64,000 bases of DNA from Myxococcota bacterium (GCA_965223705.1 OZ245015.1:1792001-1856000); one strand, 5' to 3'; shown: positions 12,780 through 26,222, numbered from the stretch's first letter. The notes: generated by a model not told the origin, from the letters alone. Program-made: numbers and translations.

Positions 12780-14327
12780 ATGAGCGACGGACACATCCGC
12801 ATTTTCGACACGACCCTCCGAGACGGCGAGCAGTCCCCGGGCTGCAGCATGAACCTGCAGGAGAAGCTCGCTCTCGCTCGCCAGCTCGAGCGGCTCGGAG
12901 TGGATGTGATCGAAGCGGGGTTCCCGATCGCAAGCGAAGGCGATTTCGAGTCCGTGCGCGCGGTCGCGAACGAAATCAAGAAGGCGACGATCGCGGGTCT
13001 CGCGCGCACGGGTAAAGAAGATGTCGATCGCGCGGTCGAGGCAGTCGAGGGGGCGGCGAAGCCCCGGGTTCATATCTTCATCGCGACGAGCGACATCCAT
13101 CTCGAGCACAAGCTGCGGATGGGGCGCGAGCAAGTGCTCGAAGAAGTCGACCGCTCCGTGCGGCAGGCGCGACGCCATGTCGACGACGTCGAGTTCTCGG
13201 CGGAAGACGCGACGCGGTCCGATTGGGACTACTTGGTCGACGTGTTCAAGGTTGCGAAGGAAGCGGGCGCGTCCACGCTGAACGTGCCCGATACGGTGGG
13301 CTACACGACGCCGATCGAATACTACGAATTGATCTCCCACCTCCGGGAGCGCATCCCCGGCAGCGACGATGTCGTCTTCAGCCTCCACTGTCACAACGAC
13401 CTGGGGCTCGGTGTGGCGAACAGCCTCTCGGCGATCCGCGCCGGGGCGCGACAGGTCGAGTGCACGATCAACGGCATCGGGGAGCGCGCCGGGAACACGG
13501 CCCTCGAAGAGGTCGTGATGGCGCTCCGCACCCGGAAGGATTTCTACAAGAACCTCGATACGAAGATCAACACCGAGGAGATCTACCCCACGAGTCGCCT
13601 GCTCTCGTCGATCATCGGGGTAAACGTGCAGCCCAACAAAGCGATTGTGGGCGACAACGCGTTCGCCCACGAAGCCGGTATTCACCAGCACGGCGTGCTG
13701 CAGGCCGCGATTACGTACGAGATCATGACGCCACAGTCGATCGGCCGAGCTTCCAACGAGTTGGTGCTCGGCAAGCACTCCGGTCGCCACGCGTTCCGCG
13801 ACCGTCTCGCCGAGATGGGCTACGAAATCGAGGGCGACGACTTCCAGCGCGCGTTCAAGCAGTTCAAAGACTTGGCCGACCGCAAGAAGGTCATCTACCA
13901 AGAGGATCTCGAAGCGTTGGTGGCGGACTCCGTGACGTATCACGAAGGTCGCTACGAGCTCGGCGAAATGTCGATCGTGAGCGGCACCTTCGCGACGCCG
14001 ACCGCCACCGTAGAGATGCGGATCGACGGCAAGAGCGTGAAGACGAGTGCGATGGGTGATGGCCCCGTCGACGCTGTCTTCAAGGCGATCGCCGACCTCA
14101 CCGAAACCAAGAGCGAGCTCGAGCACTACCAGGTCAAGGCCATCACGGGCGGCATGGACGCGCAGGGCGAAGTCAGCGTGACATTGTCCGAAGACGATCG
14201 CCGGATGATTGGAAACGGTTCCCACACCGACATCATCGTGGCGAGCGCGAAGGCCTACGTGCAGGCGCTGAACAAGCTCGAATGGCACATCGCCCGGCGC
14301 GCGGCCGACGCGCCTCGCGGCATCTAG
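12780..14327 (+). CDS. leuA: 2-isopropylmalate synthase
   Basis: FDTTLRDGEQSPG, HCHNDLG, GERAGN, HEAGIHQ, C-terminal regulatory domain. Confidence 0.97.
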   Translation: MSDGHIRIFDTTLRDGEQSPGCSMNLQEKLALARQLERLGVDVIEAGFPIASEGDFESVRAVANEIKKATIAGLARTGKEDVDRAVEAVEGAAKPRVHIFIATSDIHLEHKLRMGREQVLEEVDRSVRQARRHVDDVEFSAEDATRSDWDYLVDVFKVAKEAGASTLNVPDTVGYTTPIEYYELISHLRERIPGSDDVVFSLHCHNDLGLGVANSLSAIRAGARQVECTINGIGERAGNTALEEVVMALRTRKDFYKNLDTKINTEEIYPTSRLLSSIIGVNVQPNKAIVGDNAFAHEAGIHQHGVLQAAITYEIMTPQSIGRASNELVLGKHSGRHAFRDRLAEMGYEIEGDDFQRAFKQFKDLADRKKVIYQEDLEALVADSVTYHEGRYELGEMSIVSGTFATPTATVEMRIDGKSVKTSAMGDGPVDAVFKAIADLTETKSELEHYQVKAITGGMDAQGEVSVTLSEDDRRMIGNGSHTDIIVASAKAYVQALNKLEWHIARRAADAPRGI

Positions 14328-14334
14328 GAGGCCC

Positions 14335-15414
14335 ATGCACAAGATCCTGTTACTTCCCGGGGACGGCATCGGCCCCGAGGTGGTCGATGTCGCGCGCCGC
14401 GTGCTCGAAGCCGCCGCTGCGGGGGCCGGTATCGCTCTCGAGCTCGAAGAAGCGCAGATCGGCGGAAACTCGATCGACGATTTCGGGACGCCGCTGCGCG
14501 ACGAAGTGGTCGAAACAGCGAAAGGCTGCCAGGCCATCCTGCTCGGTGCCGTCGGGGGCCCGCGCTGGGACGCGCTGCCGGTTCCCGAGCGCCCCGAGCG
14601 CGGTCTTCTCCGTATGCGAAAAGAGCTCGGATTGTTTGCCAACCTCCGGCCCGCCTCGGTGTTCCCGGCGTTGGTGTCCGCTTCCACGCTGCGGCCCGAG
14701 GTGGTTTCCGGCATCGACATGCTCGTCCTGCGCGAACTCACGGGCGGCATCTACTTCGGCGAACCGCGCGGCATCGACGAAAACGCGTCGCCGCCGCGCG
14801 CGTGCAACTCGATGGTCTACGATGAAGGGGAAGTCGAGCGGATCGTGCGCGTCGGCTTTGAATCCGCGCGCAAACGCCGCAAGCACCTCACCCACGTCCA
14901 CAAAGCCAACGTCCTCGAGGTGTCGCAGCTGTGGGTCCGTGTCGTCGATCGCATCGCGCCGGATTACCCCGACGTCGAGCTCGTCCATCAGCTGGTCGAT
15001 TCCTGCGCCATGCTCCTCGTCCGCGACCCGCGCCGTTTCGACGTGATGGTCACGGGCAACATGTTCGGCGACATCCTGTCGGACGAAGCGGCGATGATCA
15101 CCGGTTCGCTCGGCATGTTGCCGTCGGCGAGTCTCGGCGAGGGCGGTGTGGGTCTCTACGAGCCCGTGCACGGTTCCGCACCCGACATCGCCGGGCAAGA
15201 CAAGGCAAACCCGCTCGCGACCATCCTGTCGGTTGCCATGCTCTTCGAACATTCCCTCGACGCGCCGGGTGCTGCGAAAGCGGTGCGAGACGCCGTCACC
15301 GCGGCCCTCGACGCAGGTGCCCGCACTCCCGACTTAATCCTCGAGGGCGAGTCGCGTGACGCGATCGGCTGCAAGGAGATGGGAGAACTCGTCCTCAAGC
15401 GTCTCGGCGGATGA
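14335..15414 (+). CDS. leuB: 3-isopropylmalate dehydrogenase
   Basis: PGDGIGPEV, RELTGGIYFG, NMFGDILSDE, EPVHGSAPDIAG. Confidence 0.98.
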   Translation: MHKILLLPGDGIGPEVVDVARRVLEAAAAGAGIALELEEAQIGGNSIDDFGTPLRDEVVETAKGCQAILLGAVGGPRWDALPVPERPERGLLRMRKELGLFANLRPASVFPALVSASTLRPEVVSGIDMLVLRELTGGIYFGEPRGIDENASPPRACNSMVYDEGEVERIVRVGFESARKRRKHLTHVHKANVLEVSQLWVRVVDRIAPDYPDVELVHQLVDSCAMLLVRDPRRFDVMVTGNMFGDILSDEAAMITGSLGMLPSASLGEGGVGLYEPVHGSAPDIAGQDKANPLATILSVAMLFEHSLDAPGAAKAVRDAVTAALDAGARTPDLILEGESRDAIGCKEMGELVLKRLGG

Positions 15415-16400
15415 GCGCCCCGAGACGGATCGTCATTGCCGGCGCGACGGGCGCCATGGGGACGGAGCTCCTCGAAGTCCTGGCGGCGAGCCGCATCGAG
15501 GTCGCCGAGATCTTGCCCGTCGCCACCGAGCGATCGCTGGGAGACGATGTCGAGTACGCCGGCCGTCTGTTGCCCGTCGAGAGCGAAATGCCGGTGCTCC
15601 GCGGGGTCGACCTCGTCGTCTTGTGCACGCCCGCGGCGGCCGCGCTCGAGTGGGTACGCGCTTGTCTCCGCGCCGAGGTCCCGTGTATCGATCTGAGCGG
15701 TGCTCTCGCGACGAGCGAAGACGTGCCCCTGCTCGTCCACGACCTCGGGTTCGAACAGAGCGACCTCCACAAGCCGATCATTCACGCCGCGACCGGCCCC
15801 GAGTTGGCTCTTCTCCTGGCACTCTATCCGCTCGAGGAACGCTTCGGACTGAACCGCGCGGTCGTCACCGCTTTGGAGTCGGCGTCGAGTCGCGGGCGTG
15901 ACGGCATCGATGTCCTGCAAAACGAAGTCGTCGCGCTCTTCAACCAAGAGGAGCTTCCGGAGCCCGTCGCGTTCAGTCGAAACATCGCCTTCGATTGCCT
16001 TCCGGAATACGACGAAGAGGACCGCGAGCGGGGCACGACACCGGCGGAGCAACGGGTCGCCGATGCGCTCAGCCGCTGGCTGCCGGAGCTCGCCGCCGAG
16101 GTGATGAACGTGCAGGTGCCCACGTTTTCGGGAACGGGTCTGCACGTGAGCCTCGAACTCCGCCGCGCCGCCAGCGTCGAGGAGGCGGCCGCTTGTCTCG
16201 AGAAGTCCCCGGCTGTGGAGCGCTTCACGGCGCCGGCCGGGCCGACCACGCGCGATCCCTCGGGCCGGGACACGGTCCTCGTGGGGCGGCTGCGGGCGGA
16301 CGGGCAACGGCTCCGGTTGTGGCTGTCCGCGGATACCCTGCGGCTTTCCGCCGCCAACGCTGTCCGCCTCGCCGAAGCGCGCTTCGCCGCACTTTCCTGA
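15411..16400 (+). CDS. Aspartate-semialdehyde dehydrogenase-like protein (Usg-type, catalytic Cys motif absent)
   Basis: GATGAMG Rossmann motif, IAFDCLP, VQVPTFSG, VLVGRLR; the expected NPNC motif is replaced by AATGP. Confidence 0.8.
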   Translation: MSAPRRIVIAGATGAMGTELLEVLAASRIEVAEILPVATERSLGDDVEYAGRLLPVESEMPVLRGVDLVVLCTPAAAALEWVRACLRAEVPCIDLSGALATSEDVPLLVHDLGFEQSDLHKPIIHAATGPELALLLALYPLEERFGLNRAVVTALESASSRGRDGIDVLQNEVVALFNQEELPEPVAFSRNIAFDCLPEYDEEDRERGTTPAEQRVADALSRWLPELAAEVMNVQVPTFSGTGLHVSLELRRAASVEEAAACLEKSPAVERFTAPAGPTTRDPSGRDTVLVGRLRADGQRLRLWLSADTLRLSAANAVRLAEARFAALS

Positions 16401-16412
16401 CGACGCCAGGCG

Positions 16413-17159
16413 GTGCGGGTTCGACTGGATATCGCCTACGACGGCACGGACTTCGCCGGCTGGCAACGCCAGGCCGGCCCGGCGAGGACCATCCAGGGCT
16501 CCTTGGAGGACGCCCTGACGGAGCTCGCGGGGTGCGCGGTGGCGGTGCAAGGCGCCGGGCGGACCGATGCCGGCGTGCACGCGGAAGGTCAGGTCGCCGC
16601 AGCCGATCTCGAGACACCGCTCGCGCCCGAGACACTCCGCCGCGCCCTGAACGCACGCTTGCCCGGGGACGTGCGGGTGCATCATTGCTGCGAAGTCCCG
16701 CCCGGTTTTCATCCCCGCCGCGACGCCGTCGGCAAGCTGTACCGCTACCGCATCTGGAACGGGCCGGACCCGCACCCGTTGCTGCGGCGGACCACGTACC
16801 ACGTAGCTCGCCCGCTCCACCTCGACCGCATGCGGTGGGCGGCGGCCGCCTGGGTGGGTCGGAACGACTTCCAGAGCTTCGCCACCGCCGGTAGCGACCC
16901 CGGCACCACGGTCCGGCGGCTTTCAGCCCTCGAAATTTCCGGGCGGCCCGGCGCCGAGGTGAGGGTCGAGGCCTACGGCGACGGCTTTCTTCGGCACATG
17001 GTTCGGAACCTCGTCGGGACGCTCCTCGAGTTTGGCCTGGGGAAGCGCGAGCCCGCCGAAGCGCGCGGGATTCTCGAGGCCCGCGATCGGGGCGCGGCCG
17101 GGGCCACGGCTCCGGCCAAGGGTTTGCTGCTGGTCCGGATCGACTACGGAATCCCTTGA
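16413..17159 (+). CDS. truA: tRNA pseudouridine(38-40) synthase
   Basis: [29 protein letters not shown]. Confidence 0.97.
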   Translation: MRVRLDIAYDGTDFAGWQRQAGPARTIQGSLEDALTELAGCAVAVQGAGRTDAGVHAEGQVAAADLETPLAPETLRRALNARLPGDVRVHHCCEVPPGFHPRRDAVGKLYRYRIWNGPDPHPLLRRTTYHVARPLHLDRMRWAAAAWVGRNDFQSFATAGSDPGTTVRRLSALEISGRPGAEVRVEAYGDGFLRHMVRNLVGTLLEFGLGKREPAEARGILEARDRGAAGATAPAKGLLLVRIDYGIP

Positions 17160-17187
17160 GTTGTCAGGTGTTTACGACAGCATCGCC

Positions 17188-17216
17188 TTGACGTCGAGGG
17201 CGTCCTCAGGTATCCC
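17188..17216 (+). promoter_or_regulatory. Possible sigma70 promoter of rplM-rpsI
   Basis: TTGACG-N17-TATCCC. Confidence 0.4.
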
Positions 17217-17250
17217 ATGCGCTCCTTCAGAGGGGAGGCCCGCTGGGAAG

Positions 17251-17703
17251 ATGGGAGCCGTTTCCCACCGCGCAACACAGCCCGCTCGCCCGGGCGACAT
17301 CACGCCGGTCTGGTACGTGATCGACGCCGAGGATCAGATCCTCGGTCGTCTCGCGACACGTGTGGCGACCGTTCTGCGCGGGAAGCATCGCGCGCTCTAC
17401 ACGCCCCACGCCGACACGGGCGATTACGTCGTCGTTGTGAACGCCGACAAGATCAAGTTGACCGGGCGCAAGCGCGAACAGAAGAAGTACTACCGCCACT
17501 CGGGATGGGTCGGCGGCTTGCGGGAGACGACCGCGGGCAAGCTCCTCGACGGGCCGCATCCGGAGCGCGTGATCGAGCACGCGATCAAGGGGATGCTCCC
17601 CAAGAACAGTCTCGGTCGAAAGCTCTTCCGAAAACTCCATGTGTACGCGGGGCCCGAGCATCCCCACGCGGCGCAAAAACCCGAGGTTCTGCAAGTTGGC
17701 TAA
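17251..17703 (+). CDS. rplM: 50S ribosomal protein L13
   Basis: WYVIDA...[29 protein letters not shown]. Confidence 0.98.
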   Translation: MGAVSHRATQPARPGDITPVWYVIDAEDQILGRLATRVATVLRGKHRALYTPHADTGDYVVVVNADKIKLTGRKREQKKYYRHSGWVGGLRETTAGKLLDGPHPERVIEHAIKGMLPKNSLGRKLFRKLHVYAGPEHPHAAQKPEVLQVG

Positions 17704-18097
17704 CGCGCAAGAAATTCTCGCGAACGCGACGGGCAAGCGGAAGACATCGATCGCCCGTGTTCGCGTCGCGCTCGGCACGGGCAACTTCAAGATCAACGGA
17801 CGCGGTCTCGAGGACTACTTCCCGAGAGAAGCGCTTCAGATGCAGATCCGGCAACCGCTCGAGGCGGTCAACGCCGTCGGCAACTACGACATCTTCGCGA
17901 ACCTCTCGGGCGGCGGCGTCGGCGGCCAAGCGGGTGCGCTCCGCCACGGCATCGCCCGGGCGCTCGAGAAGATCGATCCTTCGCTCCGGCCGGCGCTCAA
18001 GCGAGGCGGGTTCTTGACGCGCGACGCGCGCAAGAAGGAGCGCAAGAAGTACGGGCAACGCGGCGCGCGTGCGCGTTTCCAGTTCTCGAAGCGCTGA
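17696..18097 (+). CDS. rpsI: 30S ribosomal protein S9
   Basis: [43 protein letters not shown] start inferred. Confidence 0.97.
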   Translation: MANAQEILANATGKRKTSIARVRVALGTGNFKINGRGLEDYFPREALQMQIRQPLEAVNAVGNYDIFANLSGGGVGGQAGALRHGIARALEKIDPSLRPALKRGGFLTRDARKKERKKYGQRGARARFQFSKR

Positions 18098-18123
18098 GCG
18101 CAACCCGGTTTTCGAAGTTTGCG

Positions 18124-18156
18124 AAACGGGAGGCCGCTCGGCCTCCCGTTTTTTGT
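18124..18156 (+). terminator. Rho-independent terminator
   Basis: AAACGGGAGGCC-gctc-GGCCTCCCGTTT hairpin running into a T tract. Confidence 0.88.
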
Positions 18157-18178
18157 TGGTGTCCGAAGGAGGAGAAAG

Positions 18179-19216
18179 ATGCGAGTCGCGATCGTTGGAG
18201 CGAGTGGTTACACCGGTCTCGAGCTGCTCCGTCTTCTCTTCCGACACTCCGACGTCGAGATCACCGTCGCGACGTCGGAGCAACGAGCGGGCGAGGCGCT
18301 GGGCGAAGCGTATCCGGCTTTCGCCGAATGCAGCGCGTTGGTTCTCGAGTCGGCAAATGCCTCGCGAATCGCCGATCGCGCCGACGTCGCGTTTTGCGCG
18401 TTGCCTCACGGAACGTCCGCGCCGATGGTCGATGCGCTCCTGAACCGCGGCCTGCGGGTGGTCGACCTCTCCGCGGACTTTCGCCTGACCGACGCCGATG
18501 CCTACAAGCAGTGGTACGGAGAACACAAAGCGCCGGAGCGTTTTGGTACAGCGGTCTATGGGATTCCCGAACTGAATCGGGAAGCGCTCCGGAGCACCGA
18601 GCTCGTGGCGACGCCCGGCTGCTATCCGACTTCGGCGCTCCTTCCCCTGGTGCCGTTCCTGCGCGAAGGCCTGATCGAAACCGACGCGATCCACATCGAC
18701 AGCAAGTCCGGCGTGAGCGGCGCGGGGCGCAAGCTCGACGCGGGTTACTTGTTCGCGGAGCTTGCGGAGAATTGGCACGCGTACGGCGTGGCCGGGGCGC
18801 ACCGGCACGTTCCGGAAATCGAGCAGGAAGCTGCGCTCGTCGCCGGCGAGACGGTTCGGGTCGCCTTCACGCCGCACCTCCTGCCGGTGGTTCGGGGGAT
18901 GAGCACGTCGATCTACGCCCGTCCCAGGCGGTCGCTGTCGGCTGGGGAAGCGCGGGAAGTCCTGGTCGCCGCGTACGCTTCGGAGCGCTTTGTCCGCGTG
19001 ACACCGGAAGGAAGAACGCCGCGGGTTTCCTCCGTCCGCGCGTCGAATTACTGCGATGTGGCGGCGACCGTCGACGCGCGCACCGGCAGCCTGATCCTGC
19101 TCTCCGCGCTCGATAATTTGACGAAAGGCGCTTCGGGCCAGGCGGTTCAGTGCTTCAACCTCATGTGTGGCTTCAACGAGGAGGCGGGCCTCCAGGGCAC
19201 CTCCTGGGTTCCGTAA
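18179..19216 (+). CDS. argC: N-acetyl-gamma-glutamyl-phosphate reductase
   Basis: IVGASGYTG, DLSADFR, PGCYPT, SGVSGAG, DNLTKGASGQAVQ. Confidence 0.97.
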   Translation: MRVAIVGASGYTGLELLRLLFRHSDVEITVATSEQRAGEALGEAYPAFAECSALVLESANASRIADRADVAFCALPHGTSAPMVDALLNRGLRVVDLSADFRLTDADAYKQWYGEHKAPERFGTAVYGIPELNREALRSTELVATPGCYPTSALLPLVPFLREGLIETDAIHIDSKSGVSGAGRKLDAGYLFAELAENWHAYGVAGAHRHVPEIEQEAALVAGETVRVAFTPHLLPVVRGMSTSIYARPRRSLSAGEAREVLVAAYASERFVRVTPEGRTPRVSSVRASNYCDVAATVDARTGSLILLSALDNLTKGASGQAVQCFNLMCGFNEEAGLQGTSWVP

Positions 19217-19252
19217 ACCCTTGTTTCAAAAAGCGAATGCGCCGCGCTGAAA

Positions 19253-19282
19253 TTGACAGCCCGCGCGCACCCGCGGTATACC
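19253..19282 (+). promoter_or_regulatory. Possible sigma70 promoter for NUDIX-pyrG
   Basis: TTGACA-N18-TATACC. Confidence 0.45.
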
Positions 19283-19288
19283 CCATGA

Positions 19289-22131
<2,843 letters not shown>

Positions 22132-22234
22132 CCCCGGAAATTCGGACAGGAGCCTCCGACGCGCCACTACGATTTTCGTAGCAGTATCGTCGGTGGTCCT
22201 TCCCTAGCCTCCTAATCTCAAGGGAGGCAACACC

Positions 22235-23314
22235 GTGGAACACACCCTTTACGACACACGCAAACTCGCCCTGCAATGTTGGGATCACCGCGAGGAAACC
22301 GAGCGCGAGCGGTGCCTGGCGCGTCCCGTGGCGGACGCGCTCATCGCGTCGGGTTTGTGCCGCGCCGTCTTGCCGAAAGACTTGCACGGCCAGGGCCTCG
22401 ATCCCATGGATTGGATGACACGACTCGAGACACTCGCCGGGGCGGAGGCTTCGGCGAGTTGGATCGTTTGGAACAACGCGCTGTTCGCGTTTCTCACGCG
22501 AACCATGGAACCGTCGCTCCGCGCGTCTGTTTTTCAGGATCCACAGTGGATGTACGCGCAGTCCACCCGACCCGAAGGGCGCGCGGTTCCAGACGGCGAG
22601 GGGTATCGGGTGAGCGGCCATTGGACGCTCGTCTCGGGCTGTGAACTCGCCGAGTGGTTGCTCGTGCTGTGCGAGATCGAGGGAGGCGAGCAGGGCTTCG
22701 CCTTGCTGCGTCGGGGGCAATTCGAGATCCAGGACACGTGGCACGTCGGGGGCATGCGCGGGACGGGCAGCCACGACATCGATGTCCCCGAACTCGTCCT
22801 TCCCGCGGAGTACCTCGTGCTCCCCGGCGGCGAACCGACCGTGGAGGCGCCCTGGGCGGTGCTCCCCATCATTGCGCTCATGGGGGCCGGCTTTGCGGCA
22901 CAGACGCTCGGCATCGCTGGGGCTCTGGTGGAAGCCACGTTGTCCAGGCAAGACGAGCGCTTTGCCCTTCCGGTCGCGATGCATGAAACCGCGATCACGG
23001 CGTGCCGGTCCCATCTCCATCACTGCGTCGAGAAAGTTTGGCGGCGGGCGGAGGGCGGGAAGCCGGCGGACCCGAACGAAGTCGGCGCGATCTATGGAGC
23101 GGCGGCCTGGGCGAACCAGGCCGCTTCGCGCGCCACCGACGAGCTCTACGAGGCCGTCGGAACACGAGCGATCTACAGTTCGGCGCCCTACGAGCGCGCG
23201 TGCCGAGATCTACGCGTCATGCTTCAACACGTCGTGGCGTTCTCGTTCTGGGCGAAAGACGCGGGGCGCGTTCGATTGGGCCTCGCACCGGAACAGCCGC
23301 TCTACGCGCTCTAG
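22235..23314 (+). CDS. Acyl-CoA-dehydrogenase-fold flavin-dependent hydroxylase (HsaA/PigM-like)
   Basis: GYRVSGHWTLVSGC, DTWHVGGMRGTGSHD, ERACRDL. Confidence 0.82.
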   Translation: MEHTLYDTRKLALQCWDHREETERERCLARPVADALIASGLCRAVLPKDLHGQGLDPMDWMTRLETLAGAEASASWIVWNNALFAFLTRTMEPSLRASVFQDPQWMYAQSTRPEGRAVPDGEGYRVSGHWTLVSGCELAEWLLVLCEIEGGEQGFALLRRGQFEIQDTWHVGGMRGTGSHDIDVPELVLPAEYLVLPGGEPTVEAPWAVLPIIALMGAGFAAQTLGIAGALVEATLSRQDERFALPVAMHETAITACRSHLHHCVEKVWRRAEGGKPADPNEVGAIYGAAAWANQAASRATDELYEAVGTRAIYSSAPYERACRDLRVMLQHVVAFSFWAKDAGRVRLGLAPEQPLYAL

Positions 23315-23357
23315 CGACGCTGAGCCGAAAGGAGCCGGGCCTGTCATAATGGGCCCG

Positions 23358-24506
23358 ATGTGGAAACGACTCCCGATGGTCGGCTTCCTGCTCCTGTCCG
23401 CGTGTGGAGAGGTCGAGCCGTCCAACGAGGCAAGCGTCGATCGCGCCGTCGAGGTCGCGCGCGCGATCTTGGCCGAGGGAGACAGCATCGATTCCTTCGA
23501 CCGCATCTCCGCGGCCGGAGTGCTCCTCAGTGCCGGCGTCGAGGATACGCACGAAGCGATTTCCGAAGCGCTGACGAGCGGTGCCTCGCTGGCCCAGCAG
23601 GCCGCCGTCGGGGCACTACTCGGCGTTCCGGGAACCACCACGATGGAGCGCATCACCACCTTTGCGGATGAGTCGGATCGCAATTTCACCCAGGTGTTGC
23701 AGGCGCTGCGCTGGGCGCCGCGGGCAGACGGTCGCGCGCTGGTCCTGCGCGGGCTTGCGAATTCCCAACCGGGAAGCCAAGTCGCCGCCTTCGACATCGC
23801 CGCTGAGCTCGTCGGAGATCCCGAACTCGTAGCCGCGATCGAAGACGCGATTCGCCGCTCCGACGAAGATCATGTCCGAGGCTACGGTGTATACGCCGCT
23901 TCGGCACTGGGGTCGCCCCAGGCCTTTCGGTTGATCGTTCCCATGATGCGCGGGCAGGTCTTCGAGCGGGAGATGGCGGCCGCGTGTTTGGGACACGTGA
24001 AGACCGAGGCCTCGCGCGAAGCGCTTGAATCTTTGCTCGAGGACCGGCAGCCCGGTGTCCGCCTGGCGGCGTGGGCGAGCCTGTCGCACTTCGGGAATGA
24101 GCACGCGGTGGATGAGATCTACGCGGCTCTCGAACACCCCGAACTCGGCGCGACGGCGGCGGGTTCCGTTCGGCGCGCTTCTTCAGAAGCGATCGAAGCG
24201 ATTGTCTTGCGCGCGGGTGACTGGAGCGGGATCGAAGTCTTCGCCGCCGGCCGAGTGCTGGAAGCGATCGGATGGCGTCCGGACGCGGAAGCGTCGTACG
24301 GTTTGGAAAGCGCGTTGGCGACGGAGAGTGAACTACTCAAGCTGCAGAGCCTGTGGGCGGTGGGCTGGCGCGGAAAGAGCGAAGAACGTTCGCTCGCCGA
24401 GGCTCACCTCGGCGATCCGAGCTCGGCGGTGCGAACGATGGCGGCATGGGCCGTCGTCTCGAACCACAACGGGGGTCGCAAGTTGGGTCAGTCGAAGGCT
24501 CAGTAG
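23358..24506 (+). CDS. HEAT-repeat lipoprotein
   Basis: Lipobox LLSAC after a basic N-terminus; repeated LxD..pxVRxAAxxaL segments. Confidence 0.7.
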   Translation: MWKRLPMVGFLLLSACGEVEPSNEASVDRAVEVARAILAEGDSIDSFDRISAAGVLLSAGVEDTHEAISEALTSGASLAQQAAVGALLGVPGTTTMERITTFADESDRNFTQVLQALRWAPRADGRALVLRGLANSQPGSQVAAFDIAAELVGDPELVAAIEDAIRRSDEDHVRGYGVYAASALGSPQAFRLIVPMMRGQVFEREMAAACLGHVKTEASREALESLLEDRQPGVRLAAWASLSHFGNEHAVDEIYAALEHPELGATAAGSVRRASSEAIEAIVLRAGDWSGIEVFAAGRVLEAIGWRPDAEASYGLESALATESELLKLQSLWAVGWRGKSEERSLAEAHLGDPSSAVRTMAAWAVVSNHNGGRKLGQSKAQ

Positions 24507-24511
24507 CCCGC

Positions 24512-25123
24512 TTACTCGATCCCGTAGGCGTCGCGACGCGCCATGAACGCCTCGACTTCCGTCGACATGAACAGCATATCGTGGTTTTTGCCGGCGCGGT
24601 CTTTTACTTCGTCTTTCAAGAGGGCTTCGGGTCGGAAACCCAGCTCTTCGAAGACCGTCCGCGCGCCGGTCTGATCGAGGGTCATGCGGGCGACGACTTT
24701 CTCGATGCCCGTAGCCATCGCGATGCTGAACATCTCTCGCACGAGCAAGCGGCCGAGGCCTTTTCCCCGAGCCCTCGGCGAAATCATCAAGCGAAGCTCA
24801 CCGACGTGACGCGACCATTCGTAATCTGCCCGCTGCAAGGTGCCGTAGCCCAGCACGCGCGTTTCATCCTCGGCGATCAGGCTCTGAATCGCGCCACTGT
24901 TGATGTCACGGACCCATTTTTCGACACCTTCGGGTTTGGTGATATCCCGGCGCAAGAAGAGAAGATCGTGGTACGGGAGCTGCTGCGCGAAATCGAGCAT
25001 GAGCGGACCGTCGTCCGGCGTCATGAGCCGCAAGGTGATTTCTTGTTTGTCGACCTCGTAGGTCTTCGGATAGTCGGACAAAATTTCCTCCAGCGTTCCC
25101 ATTCGGATCTGAACTTCGTGCAT
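24512..25123 (-). CDS. GNAT family N-acetyltransferase
   Basis: Motif A RARGKGLGRLL, FEELGF; directly downstream of phaC; start uncertain. Confidence 0.85.
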   Translation of the reverse strand: MHEVQIRMGTLEEILSDYPKTYEVDKQEITLRLMTPDDGPLMLDFAQQLPYHDLLFLRRDITKPEGVEKWVRDINSGAIQSLIAEDETRVLGYGTLQRADYEWSRHVGELRLMISPRARGKGLGRLLVREMFSIAMATGIEKVVARMTLDQTGARTVFEELGFRPEALLKDEVKDRAGKNHDMLFMSTEVEAFMARRDAYGIE

Positions 25124-25140
25124 CACGTACTCCGCTTTCT

Positions 25141-26220
25141 CTACACAGATTTGGGTCCCAGCCAGCTGTCGAGCTTCGGCCACAACCGGTATACCGCGTT
25201 GCCGCCCGCGACGAGACTGACGTGTCCGCCCTTGATCACGATCTCGGTCTTGTCCTCACTGCCGATCAGCCCGATGAGGTCTTTCGACGCCGCCGCCGGA
25301 ACGATGTGATCGTGCTCCGCCGCGACATGTAGAAAGGGAACCCGGATTTTTCCGTGATCAACGACATGGGAGCCGATCTTCAGTTCGTTTCGGACGAGCT
25401 TGTTCTCGCGAACGAAATCGACGATGAATTGCCGCGCTGTTTCGCCGGGGAACGGAATCTGATCTGCAGCCCAGCGATCCAGTCGAACGAAGGCGTTCAC
25501 GAATTCGTCATTGTCGGCATTGTCGAGGAGCTTCATTTGCCCCGCCGCCTTCTGTAGGGGTCGCAGCGCCTGCATCGAAGTGGTCATGAGCTCGGGCGGG
25601 ATATTGCCGAGTTCGTCGATGACGCGGTCGACGTCGAAATGGTCGGGATGGGTCCAGGTCTTGTAGAGGGGCATCCCGTCGCTGTTTACGGGCGTCGTGA
25701 ACGTCACCAGATTCTTGAGCGGTCCGTCCGTATGCGTCGCCGCGTACATGCACGCGAGCATGCCGCCGAGGCAGTAGCCGATCATCGAGAACTCGTCTTC
25801 GCCCGTCTCTTCGAGAACGCGATCGATGCACTCGGGAATCAACCGGAGGATGTAATCCTCGAGGCCGAGTGTGCGGTGCTCGGGGCGCGGCGTCCCCCAG
25901 TCGGCGAGGAACACGTCGTAGCCTTGACCGACTAGATACTCGACGAAGCTCTGGCCCTTCGAGAGGTCCAGGATGTACGAGCGGCTCACCAGCGAGGGGA
26001 TCACGATGAGCGGAACGCGGTAGATCTCCTCGCACACCGGGTGGTAGTGGTACAACCGGAGCGTTCCGTTCGTGTGAATGATGTCTTTCGGAGTGACGCC
26101 GACTTCGAGCTCGAGATCGAGCAGCGGTTCGACACCCGTGCGACTGCGGGCAATCGCCTTGTCGACGGCTGCCTGAACGGTTTCCGCGACCGGCTTCGCC
26201 GCTTCTTGGGGTTTCGCCAT
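25141..26220 (-). CDS. phaC: Polyhydroxyalkanoate synthase, small (class III/IV-type) PhaC subunit
   Basis: VGVTPKD, SLVSRSYILDL, DWG, catalytic box GYCLGG, DHIVP, GGHV; about 360 aa. Confidence 0.9.
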   Translation of the reverse strand: MAKPQEAAKPVAETVQAAVDKAIARSRTGVEPLLDLELEVGVTPKDIIHTNGTLRLYHYHPVCEEIYRVPLIVIPSLVSRSYILDLSKGQSFVEYLVGQGYDVFLADWGTPRPEHRTLGLEDYILRLIPECIDRVLEETGEDEFSMIGYCLGGMLACMYAATHTDGPLKNLVTFTTPVNSDGMPLYKTWTHPDHFDVDRVIDELGNIPPELMTTSMQALRPLQKAAGQMKLLDNADNDEFVNAFVRLDRWAADQIPFPGETARQFIVDFVRENKLVRNELKIGSHVVDHGKIRVPFLHVAAEHDHIVPAAASKDLIGLIGSEDKTEIVIKGGHVSLVAGGNAVYRLWPKLDSWLGPKSV

Positions 26221-26222
26221 GG

